From Phaeosaccion multiseriatum (Eukaryota; Protista; Ochrophyta, other classes), in NCBI GenBank assembly GCA_965112735.1, contig OZ218963.1, positions 2,976,001 through 3,040,000 on the forward strand: a stretch of 64,000 bases of DNA. Reading direction: 5' to 3'. Position numbers and translations under genes: made by a program. The notes beneath the pieces were generated by a model. The model ran no database searches. It saw nothing but the letters and a program-made list of their open reading frames with translations, and was not told the origin of the DNA. Shown here one piece after another: positions 50,687 through 62,129 of this stretch; the stretch's first letter is position 1, and each line of letters opens with the position of its first letter.

Positions 50687-51318
50687 GCGCCAGGAGCAGC
50701 AGGTTTCTTGCTGACTGTACGATACGATGTCTTAGGGGAATTTTTGTTATGAACGGACGGGAGAGGTTGTAATCATGCTGTGTATGAGGGGAGGGGATTG
50801 GTAATTAGACGGAGGGACAGGGGGCAGGTTGACTGCGGAGATGGACAGCTATTAGACATCATCCAAAGTAGTACCTGCCCTTGTACAAACAAAGGCAGAG
50901 GGGGAAGGGGGGGGAGGCGCAAAATACAGGATTAAAAAGAAAGAAAAGAAAGAAAGACAAGAGGACGGAAGAGGAAGAAGCAGAGGTGAAACAGGCGGGT
51001 TGAGTGCTCTGAAAGTTTGGGGAACACTCACACACACGTGCGTGGCAGGTGGTGAGTGGGGCGGGCGGGCACTCACGCGTATACACATACAAACACATGA
51101 CATACGCACATTTCGGCGAGGAGTGTGCATGTTTAGAAATGGAGGCGGGAGGAGGGGGGTTCAGGGTATTTTTGTAGGGATATCCGGCGATGTATTGTAA
51201 GGCGCGGAGCGTGGCGGCATGCGCCACGCAGCTTTTACATGTTTGCGCAGAACCAAAAACAAAAGGCATACGATACCGCTTATTTTTTTCTCTTTTTGGC
51301 ACTGACACTACTAGACAG

Positions 51319-54300
51319 TTATTTATCGTAGCGGAGATGTAGTGAGGTGAGGCCCAGCGCCGAGCAGAGCAAGACCCAGTGACACAACACCGGTTCGGCC
51401 AGCACGCTAAGGCCTCCACACACTACAGTGAGGTAGCAAAGGGCAAGCAAGGCCAGCCCATGACCTTGGTCCGAGGGCAGGTCGCTACCATGCCCCCGCC
51501 GTCGCTCTGAATTCAATCCTCTCCCCCCTTGCCAACCGGCAGCAACTGCGCCGGCACCCCCTGTGCAGACACGGCAAGAGCAGACGCAAAACTCGCAAAA
51601 CAGGCGAGGATCTTGCCGCCAGCGGGAGCAGCAGTCGCAAGCCACGACTCGGAAGGCCGGCCCGACAACCACCCCTCGTGCCACCTCCGTGCTCCCCGTA
51701 TTGCTCTCCTCAAAGATGGCCCCAATGCCCCCATCCGCATGGAAGCACGCTCCGCACTCCCCATGCGGACCTTTAACCCCCCCCTTGACCGCTGACGCCA
51801 CAGCTGCTGCGGCTGCGCTTGCTGCCGCGGCTGCTCTGCGGGCAGCCTCCGCTGCTGCTGCTCCTCCTCCTCCTCCTCCTCGCTCTCCTGGGCGTCCATC
51901 GTGCTGCCCAAACATCCGTCCCCACTCTCCCACCACATAGTCTCTGGCGCTCTCTGGCATGGGAAAGGCATGGCCCAATCTTGCTCGAAGCAGGTTGAGA
52001 GTGACGCATCCCAGAATGAGTATTCCGCGAAGAAGCGGGGCGTTGGAGGGTCGGAAAAAGTCCTCCTTCTCATAGTAGGCATCCCATGCCGGCAACAGCA
52101 CGGGGAAGAGTGCAGCCACGGTCGGTAGGACATGCATTATCACGACTAGTCGCTGATAGCGCCATACATCCGCCCCTGACCTCGGCCCCGGCCCTGCTGC
52201 CGTGGGGAAGACCACCAAGCTGACCACGATGAAACAAAACAGCGCCCACAAGGCCAGTAGTAAGAGAGTGAGCTCAGACCTGGGCGAAAGCGAAAGCCGC
52301 AACTGCAGTTTTCCATTGTCAGCTAGGCCAAAGTGGCCGAAAGCAAACGCCAGGGGGCCTGCAAGCACCATCAACTTCTTCAGCCAGAGCGAGTTCAACC
52401 AACGCTTCCGTGCCGAGGGCCCGGCCCACAGGTGGGCGAAGATACCCAACACGCATAGGAGCAGGTTGAGCAGCAGCATGACCGAAACTACCGCCAGATA
52501 CAGGACGACGACGACGAAAATACCGTCGGGCAAACTCGTCCCTTTTGTCAGCTCTGCCAACTGCTCCAAGAACAGAACGTCAAGGATATTCGCGGGCAGC
52601 CCCATGATTGTCCCCATCGCTCGGCAAGGTGGCTGCAACCACCACGCTGCCTCGCCACTCCACGCCTCCACCGCGGGTGAAAGCATCGAGCCAAACAGCC
52701 CCCACCACAGCACCCCCGTCAGCAACTTGCGTGCTGACGGTGACAATCGCGCCCAAGCACGCCGCAAGCCCGGGCCTTGCACATGCGTTGGGGGGAGGAG
52801 CAGAGAGGCCACGGAGGGCAGTTCCACGAGTGATCGCTCACGCTTAGAGCCCCCCTTTGGATGCATCACGCCGACAGACAAGGCAGCGCCGACCACAAGG
52901 AGACACACCAACACCCACGCAGGAAGCCAGAGCTGTGCATTGCGCACGAGCCCAAGCTCTCCAAGCAACAGGTACCACGGCGTAACCGTTCCCTCCTTCT
53001 CTACCACTGAGCGTCGCCCTTTCCCGTGCGTCCAATGATCCAAGGCCGAAGGAGACAAGAGAGCGTTGGCAAGAACCTCTACCCTCTCCCGCGCAGAAGT
53101 CTCTGTGTCGTGCTGCTGTACTAGGCCGATGAGTCCCTCCGTGACACGTGATACCACCTGACCGCACCACAGCATGGCCATGTGGTCGACTGTGAAGCCC
53201 ACACCGGCCATCTCACCCGTGGAAATGCTAATACTGTTCGCGGGCATTGTGATCCCGGAAGTGTCACACTGGCTACTGTACACAAAGGTGTCGCGTTGAC
53301 CGCCGAAAATGCTCACCAAGGCAACATTGCGGGTGACGCCACTTAGTTCTCCCATTTGCTGCCGTTGCTCCCAAAACCGCTGCTGCACCGACGGAGAGCC
53401 ACCCCCGGCCTCTCCCTGCCCCGCCTCGCCTTCGTCCTGGACGCAAGCTTCATCTTCTCCTCCTTCTCCACCGGCAGCTACTGCGACAGTGGCATTTCCA
53501 CTCAGTGCAACAGCAGCCGCTGTGCCCGACCCCGCCATGCCTTTTACCGGAAGCAAGCCCGCTTCCCTTTGCCAAAGATCATTCGTCGTCCTATAGAGCT
53601 GAGAAATACTAGGGTCCAGCAAGAAGGGGGGGGCTGCATGAGGCGAGCCCAGCGTCACAAGGTCCGAGATGGAGTTGGGGCTGTAGCTCTCTAGAGTGAA
53701 CGCGGCTCGGGCGACAACTCCGCCGAACGAGTGCCCCACCACGATTACCTTCGCATTCTCCTTTCGTTTATACAGGGAACGAATGGTCCGCACTGCCTCG
53801 TTCAGGAAGGCAGCCTGCGCAGTAGAAGGGAGTATCACATAAAGGGGGAAGGAGGACGGAGAGAGAGAGGAGAGTGGGGGGCGTCAGCGGACGCGCCGTC
53901 ATTATCCTTCTCATCTACTGCGTCGAACAAGGGCTGCCACTCAACTTCGCTTAGCATTCACTTCACTTCACCGTCCCTGACCCACCTGCCTCCACGCCAG
54001 AGCGCCCGACAAGGCCGTCATTTCCTCTCCAAAGTCGAGTGCGTAGAAGTCCAGGTTGTGGTGAGGACTCTCTCCACGGACAGCGGCCGCGGCCGCCCCT
54101 CCAAACGATCGCACTTGCTTATAGTCTCCCAGGTGACCCGGCACAAAGAGCACAGGGCTACCCTGCGGGGCCCGCACGGCTTCTTCCCTGGAAGTCTGCT
54201 GGTGCTGCTGTTTGTGCGGGTGCCGGAGGTTATCAAGGTATCGAACTAACTTGTACTTTGGAAACGCTGGGACGACTCCAACCTGCTCATACGAGGCTAG

Positions 54301-54462
54301 CATGTGGCTCATCTCGCACTGGTTGGGCTCGTTCCAACCCGCTTTGGGCCTCTGCAGCACCGCGAGAACCCCCAGCACCACCACGGGTAGCACCACGGAG
54401 AGCCAGGCACTCCATCGTGGAGTGGAGGGGACACTACACGCACTGCTGCCGAACCGCCCCAT
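51319..54462 (-). CDS. PGAP1: GPI inositol-deacylase PGAP1/Bst1-like, two exons (intron ~53985-53815)
   Basis: An N-terminal TM helix, NQCEMS, PKYKLVRY, PVLFVPGHLGDYKQVRS, LDFYALDFGEE, the lipase motif VVGHSFGGVVAR, LVTLGSPH, SIFGGQRD, VDHMAMLWCGQ and a multi-TM C-terminal half are present. Confidence 0.93.
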
Positions 54463-54792
54463 CCTCTGGTTTGTCGCCACTTTTTGGGGCTGCCGTCTGC
54501 CCCGGTTCCCGGGTTGTGGGGCTACCAGTTTCAGTTCCAGTTGGGCTATTTTTTTCGCTCTGCCTGCCGCTGGCTCGCTCGCAATGAAGCCCGCGTGCGC
54601 TCTCAACAGCACGCGGACGGTGTCTGGAGTCTGAGGTGGGTAGAGACCCTCCCTACGTTGCAATTGTGTGCCGCCAAAGTGTGTTTACTTTTTGAAATCA
54701 ATGAAATGGTTTATAACCCCCTTGGGAGAGGGAGCGAGCCGGTTGCCTGTTGCCTGCCTCTCGTCGGCGTCAGTCCGCGCGACTTGGGCCAC

Positions 54793-54850
54793 GCTATCCG
54801 CTAACGCCTATCTGCTAACGCCTATCTGCTAACGGCTGGCGTTGGCCGGT
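54793..54850. repeat. Remnant resembling internal repeats of MITE family C
   Basis: gctatccgctaacgcctatctgctaacgcctatctgctaacggctggcgttggccgg resembles the family C interior. Confidence 0.45.
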
Positions 54851-54886
54851 CCACTACCAACTTTCGCGGCCGCTAGTGCAGTTTGA

Positions 54887-56897
54887 TCAAAAGAGGTTAT
54901 CAAAGAGGCCCTGGGCCGCCTCGGATTTCAGGACATGTTCGATCTCTGCCTGTGAAAATCTCGCCTCTGACGACTGCAGCACCTGCCATGGCCACAGAGA
55001 ATGACAAAAGAAGGGAATGATCGACCAAGGAGTGGGGGAGCCACAGAGAGAGAGAGAGAGAGAAGAGAGAGAAGAGAGAGAGAAAAGCGTCAGAGATACA
55101 GCGAGGCTGAGTGGCAAGACCGGGCGTCCTTGACCGACCCCTTTCATCCTTACCTTCGGGGGACCGAGCTTGGGTTTTCTAGCTACCGTCCAGTCCTTGG
55201 GGAAAGCCTTGTACTAACGGAGGGAGGGGGGAGAGGGAGGTTGTGAGGATAGACAGGGGGCAGTCTCAATCCACTGGAGAGGACGAAAGACGATCGAGAA
55301 GAGCTCAGGGCAAGAAATTCCCTGAGGGAACGTCGGGGTTTTACACCTGAGGGAAACTCATTCTTCCACCTTTCTGGGCCTCAAGACTTCACACACACTC
55401 ACAAGGAAGTCCTCAGTTTCCCCCGATCCCAAGGGCTGAAGGAAGAAGATGGGCTCAAACTCCTTGAAGAAATACTCGCGCTTTGCCTCTGTGGTATGGA
55501 TGGCATTGGGCCACGTTTCGGGGAGAAAGTGAAACGGCGGCATCATGGAAGGGAGGAGAGAGGAGCAGTGGTCGCGGCAGCAGAGACTCTTGGTATCAGG
55601 GGAGGTTGCGATTTGCGCACACGTGCTACCCAGAGCAACGCGACAGAGGGCCGATCGATCCTCTCTCCACCATCGTACTCCCGATGCCCCGCGCCTTACC
55701 ATCCGGTACGCGGTCCAAGCGAGCGTTCAAGAGTATGACTAGGCACCCCATACCGAGACTGTCGAGGTCGTTTTGGACCAGCTGACGCCAGGAAAGGGAG
55801 GAAAACAGAAAAAAGGGACAAAAGAACAACACAAAGAAAAGGGGCAGTACTTTGTGAGAAAAAAGGGGACACGACAGAAGGAGGGAAAGAAAGGTAAGTT
55901 GCGAGCAGAGTACACAAGATTTACGGGCGCACGCGACCCAAGAACTCGATTCAATCGTCAGACATGGAAATGCCACTCCACGTACCGTGAGCTCCTTCTC
56001 TCCCGGGCCCACTACAACTAAAACCTCCGTCCCCTTGGGCACTAGAGTGGACCCGCCCGGTCCACGCTTCTCCTCCGCGGGAGACTCCAGCTCCTGCATC
56101 TTCGCCGCGAATCCTCCCCCCCCTCCCCCGCCGCCTCCACCTCCCCGCCTGAGTACACGACGCACGCGGAGACAGACAACAGAGGAGAGGCAGAACAGCA
56201 GAGTCTAAGCCTTTTAGGGGCATTGTGCATGTTTCTCCTTCCTCCGTCACTCTTGTCCTCACCTTTTGGGGTTCTTGCTGCCCTTCTTTACACCAAGTGT
56301 GACGATGTTTCCTTTGTAGGAGCCTGGAGCCCAAACGGAAGTTGCGCGCTTGGACTCGTCCTCCGTGGCGAACGCTATGGTCTGAAGGAGGAGACGACGC
56401 AGCGGGCTCAGTGGAATGAATGAATCACTGCGACGTTTCCCCCCTTTCTTACCACAGCCTCTCCTATGGGTTGGAACATCTCGAGGAGAAGTCTTGCCAC
56501 CTCTCGGTTGGAGGACGCAATCTTCCCATCGGCCGATGTCTCTTGCTCATCAGGACCCTTGATTTGGGCCTTGTTTGACACCTCTACCCCGTAGGACGTC
56601 GCCATCGGCACTTGAATCTCCATCCGAGAGCACTGTGCTTTCAGCCCGGCCTACAGACACACAAGAGTGTAAAGCTAAGCAAGACGACGGGACGAAGCAG
56701 AAACGCACATCAACCCCTACACACACCTGCACAGCCAGGCGGAGCGAGGTGGTGGACTCCTTGATGCTTCGAGGGAGAGGGCTAGAGGGCTTGGCCATCG
56801 ACATTGGCAGGCGTGCCAGCAGCAGAGCATTCACAATGCATGGTGACAGGGCCACTGACACGAGCAGGGAGAGCCAAAGCCCCCAGAGTAGAGTCAT
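54887..56897 (-). CDS. Probable plastid DUF1995 (LPA3-like) family protein, multi-exon
   Basis: A signal peptide plus transit-like N-terminus is followed by exons giving AGLKAQCSRMEIQVP, SNREVARLLLEMF, GCLVILLNARL, FFKEFEPIFFLQPL, AFPKDWTV and RFSQAEIEHVL. The family call is recalled from the motif pattern, not from a search. Confidence 0.6.
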
Positions 56898-57023
56898 GGT
56901 GGTTTGCTGAAAACATATATTACACCCTGCGGTGCTTCATGCGTCTCTTGGCGTACACGCGGAGGACCAACTGGGTTGGCGTTTCCTTTTCTTTTTTTTT
57001 TTGTCCGTCACTGAAAGGCGAAG

Positions 57024-60000
57024 ATGACCACAGAGGAAGACGATGCAGAAGCCAGTACTTCTGAGTATGCTGGACGGGGTACTACGGAAGAGTATGCAAA
57101 GAGTATCGGAGTCACCTATGATAGGAAGAAGATTATTGCCATTCAACAGCTCTTCCTTTACATTCTGTTCCTGGGCTCCTTCTGTCTCATGGTTTTCCTG
57201 CCCGAAGACACTCACACTGCTTACGACATGACAAGATCACTTCAGGTGAGAGGGAGATGAAGAGGAAAGGGAAGGGTGGAACGTGGTGGTGTACGTGTAC
57301 GATGCTGAGCATCATTGGCATCCAAGATCCTGCCTCTGACTATTCGTCCTGCGATACCTCCCCATCCCCATCGTAAGGCTCGTTTCCTGAAGACTGAGGT
57401 AGATGTGGACACTTTCTTCCGGGACATCTTTACATGGGATCAGGTTTACGACTTTCTAGAAGGTGAGCGTTCCCTTCAGCGCCTCGCTGGGGCCAGAGCA
57501 AAGTCAGCAGAAGACGGAAGCGCCAGCTCGGTTGTGGTGGAGAATGAGCGTGGCTCTTTGTGTTTCTGAAAGTTACAAGTTTCTCGTACTCCTACTCCTC
57601 TTCAAAGACACAACGGAAGCACGAACAGAAACGCGCCCCTGCCTTGTTTGACATGCCAACACCTCACCTCGTCGCTGCAGATGTCTACCTCCCTGCCACG
57701 TATTCGCGAGAGTGGTACAACGGTGACGAATACGGGAAGAACCTAGCTGTCAACCACCAGCCATACTTCATCAATGACGTCAGCATGATGCTGGGAAGGG
57801 TGCGCTTGCGCCAGCTACGGACACGGGACGGGAGCTGCGGACTCTTTTCAGCCTTTCAGAACGTCGGCTACTGCTATGCCTCGTACTACGTTGACGACGA
57901 GGACACCGCAGATGCCAGCTACGTTTCTGGCGACGTGGAGGAGATAACAATGGAGTACCAGTCAGAACACACCTTGGGCGATGGTGGTCCCTGGTACTCC
58001 ACAACGACGAAGGTGCGTGCGGAGGGAGAGGCCATACTCGGCTGCTCTCTGTGAGTCATCCAGTAAGCCCTCCTCTGTGTCTGGCCTTGCTCAGGTGTCC
58101 TACAGCGGAGGGGGCTATGTACAGGACCTGTCCGTCAAGAATCTCAAGACGGCCCTCGAGGAGGTTGCTGCGCTGAGAGAAGGGGGCTGGATACACGTGT
58201 CTACCCGGGCTCTGTTTATGGACGTTTCCTTCTACAATCCCAACACCGACCAATTTGCCTTCTCGAGACTCGTGGTGGAGCACCTCGGATCAGGTACCTT
58301 CCTCGCCACGCCCGCTATTCAATCGGGTGCCCTGCTGCGCATCCTTCGCTCCCTGCTGAGGGACCACAGCAGCCTTCAGTATCTCTGTGCCTTCGTCTTG
58401 AAGGCGGCTCTGTACACGGCCATCATCGCCTACATGGTCCGTATCGCTGACGAGATTGTGGACAATTGGGAATCCTTCGTGAGGTACATCAAGATCGGCT
58501 GGAACCAAATGGACATACTCATGATTGTGTGCTTTCTCAGCAACATGGGTGTGAGCATATTCGCGATTCTAAAGGCATCGACGCTATCGTACAACGTCGA
58601 CGACGCTGTGAACGTGTCGGACTGGGTGAGTGCGTCCAACAGTTTCGAGGATGAATCCCTATAGCTTCTTCCCTTTCCCTTCCTCTCCTCTCCTCTTCTG
58701 TGTGCCGCCGGCAACACCCACCCGCCCTTACCTCACGGTTCCTTGCGATTTCTCCTCTTGGTGTGTACACATGCGTGCCCAAACAACAGGATTTTGACCA
58801 TTACTACGAGCTACGCGAAGTGATGAGCTGGTTCCATTTGGCCCGCCAGTTCATGGCCTTTGGTGTACTGCTGTGCTTCCTTCGCGCCTTCAAGTTCATC
58901 GGCCTCAATGCCAAGCTGCAGACCCTGACCCGAACAGTCGGCAAGGCAAGCAAAGACATGGCCTCCTTCGTCATTATCCTGGTACGAGGAAAGGGAAGAG
59001 GATATGCTTACCATACCCACTTTGCTGCTACTCCCACGCGCGGAGCGACACTTGCAATTTCAACTTTTGCGTTCTCCACCTTGCTTCGCACTAGCTATGC
59101 GGGCCTCGCTTCACACCGTTTCAACATACCGCTCCGTTCGGGTTGCCTTTCTCTATTTATAGGGCATCATCTTCTGCGGGTACGGAGTGGCGTTTCAGAT
59201 GGCCTTCGGTTACGCCATGGTAGAGTTCCAAGACTTTGCCGACAGCCTCATGACCATGCTCCTCATGATCCTTGGGGACTTTGATGTGGACCGCATGCGG
59301 ATGGTCAATCCCACCATTGGCTCCGCTCTCTTCGTCTCCTTTGTCGTGGTGAGTAAGGGAAGGGGAGTGAGTGGGGGGGTGAGTGACAGGAATGAGTGAA
59401 GGAGGGAGCTCCTTTTGCTTTTCGCGAGTTTCGGCCGCCGTTGAAAGCGAGAGCGAGAAGGCAAGAGAAGAAGAGAGGGAAGGCTGAGCTTGAGCGACTC
59501 TGAGCGCAGGCTAGCAGCATGAAGGAAAGGCAGCAATAGAGGTCCAGGCGCATGCACCACCCGTCATTAATACATCAGCCTCAGTCGAAGCGTGTGTCTT
59601 CATCTACACGCAGCAGACACCCGGCTATGTGTCTCAACGTCTGCCCCCTGTCGCCCCCCCCAGCTGCTCGTCATGTGCGTACTCAGTATGCTTTTGAAGA
59701 TTGTGGACGTGGCCTTCAGTGCGGTGATGGAGGAAGTACGCAGCATCAAGAATCCCACGTCGCTTTCCAAGTAAGGCAATGCTCTGCTTCTTTGCTCTGT
59801 CCTCGAGGGTCCTTTCCGTCGAGTCCAAATACGCAGGCCTCTTTGCATAACGTTCGAAAATGCACGCTCTCTCTCTCTCATCCTCCATCCAAGTTGCTTG
59901 TCGGCTCCTGACAACGCAAGCCGATCGATCGTCCTCAACGGCTCCCAGTTCCAACTTGCCGACTTGTCTCTCATTCCCCGCCTCTTCCTTGCGTGTGGCT

Positions 60001-60190
60001 GGCTGCAATAGGGACGTGAGTGTGGCCCTCAGGGCGAGCTGGGAGGACATGAGATGGATCGCAACCTCGAAGAAGGTCATGGTGCAGGCTGAGATTTACA
60101 GATGGAAGAGAGACTCCCTGCTATGGCGGCGTTGGACCCGCGGACGAGGGTACTTGCCCGAAGGCGGCAGCAGCAGAGATCTTTATAATG

Positions 60191-60232
<42 letters not shown>

Positions 60233-60573
60233 GCGCAGGGCAAATGGAGATGACGTTACCCTCTTCTTCCGCAGAGCAAGCAGAGACGGGGTCAGTGAGC
60301 ACTCCCACGGGACGGGGGCGCGGGGTGGCGCCAGCGGGGGCGAAGCGAGGCAGAAGCAAGGAAGAGCGCAAACAAGCTTCGGCAAAGCAGCGGAGGGAAA
60401 GGGGATTTGCAAGCACGCCTAAGGAGGATTGGGACAAGCTCATTGACGACGATGTGACGGGGAAAGAGGTGCACGAGCACTTTGACATGCTACTGCACCG
60501 GCAGGCCGTCATCAAGAAACTCGTGGGCAAGCTTGAAGTTGCAGCTGGCGCGGCACTACCCTCCTCACTCTGA
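57024..60573 (+). CDS. Polycystin cation channel (PKD2/TRPP-like), multi-exon
   Basis: LGRVRLRQLRT, YSGGGYVQDL, GWIHVSTRALFMDVSFYNPNTD, GWNQMD, LRAFKFIGLNAKLQTLTRTVGKA and the pore MILGDFD are present, with six TM segments. Confidence 0.92.
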
Positions 60574-60711
60574 GATTGGATATGAAGCACATCTCCCTGG
60601 GATGCGTTCCTTGGCTCACTTTTCGTCCTCTATATATATACATACTTATATACATCTTTAAGCAGAGTGGACTGCATTCAAGCATCTGTGAGTCGGGTGG
60701 ATGTACAACTG

Positions 60712-61915
60712 TTAAATGAGTCTGCTCGCCATCTCCGTTGCCTGCTTGGCCTCAAAACTGCCGGCGAGAATGCGCCTTCGCTCCTCGTTGGCAAGCGCTT
60801 GATCTGTGGCGAATTGAAGCTTGTGTATAGTGACTTTCTCGTGCGGGCCGGCGAAGCTCTGCACGGGTGAAGCATTGAAGAAAGCAAGTAAACTTGTGGG
60901 AACCAAACCCATTGCGAGCATTCAAGTACGTGGTGAGGGTGGCACGTAGCTCCTCGACATGATTGTCGTTCAGAGGCTCTTTGCCTCTCTCCCCCCCCCA
61001 AGAACCTCCCAATACCTCCTTAAATTCAAGGATGGCTGCACTCCGAACTCACCTCCTTGGCGACGGGTATAATCTCATGTTCATGCATGAGCATGCCCAC
61101 GGGAAGGACGGGGAGACGAGGGTCCCCCTTCTGACGACGCTGCTCCCGCTGGACCTTTAGCTTGTTGACAATCTCCCGCCGGATGCCCTCCTGGTCCTGT
61201 ACGTCGAAGTCAGTACGTGGTACACATAAGAAGGTGAAAAGGAGTGACACCCCTCTTCTCCCCCCCTCCCCCCCCCCAATTCAACGCAGGTGCGCATTCG
61301 GAGAATCATATCGCTGGTCGCTCAGTACGTACCGTAGCGGCAATATGTAGGTCCATTGCGTTCACGCAGTCCTCCCTGTTCCCCCGCTCAGCCAGCTCCT
61401 TGGCTGTGTGCCCATCACCGCAAGTCAGATCTGGATCAGCTCCAAAGCTCAAGAGCAGTCTTATACATGCCTCGCCTGGCCACCCGGTTGGGAGCGAGCC
61501 ATGATGGGCGAATAAGATTTAGTTCACAGAAAGACGAAGAAAGAGCGGGCAAAGTGAATCACCCACCTTCAACACTTTCAGATGCGGCCAGGTGAAGCGC
61601 CGTGAAACCCTTGTTGCTCTGCATATCTATGCAGCTTCCACTCCTCCCGTTGGAGTCTCTGCCAATGTCGTTTGCACAAAGTAGCTCCACGCAGCGAAGA
61701 TTTCCGTTCCAGACACTGTAGTGGAGCGCCGTGAGACCATACTCCTGCATTGACGAGAGGGAAGACGCTTAGAAGACCGAATTATGCGTCCCACATCGAA
61801 AGGGCAAGAGTGTCCTTACATCGACAGAGCAAGGATTCGATCCTTGCACAAGCAATGCCCTCATGGTGTCATGTTCCCCCATCATGGCCTTTCTGCGCAG
61901 AGTATCCCCGCTCAT
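60712..61915 (-). CDS. Ankyrin-repeat protein, multi-exon
   Basis: MSGDTLRRKAMMGEHDTMRALLVQGSNPCSVD/EYGLTALHYSVWNGNLRCVELL..NKGFTALHLAAS is present. The last exon ..QALANEERRRILAG..SRLI* ends at 60712. Confidence 0.8.
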
Positions 61916-62129
61916 TGTGGACAGGAAAGAGTAGCAGGGAGGGAAGCAAGCTAAAGAGGAGGAGGAAGAAAAGAAGAAAAGAAGATGATTGTCTAAAGGA
62001 AAGAAGAAAGAAGGGGGCTGAAACGTTACATCTTCGCGAGTTGGTTCTCCACGAGGGAACTTATCCCTCGGTCCTTTTTTGCTTTTTTCTTCCCTGCCTT
62101 TCTTCTTCGGGCTGCTCTACGCATGGGGC

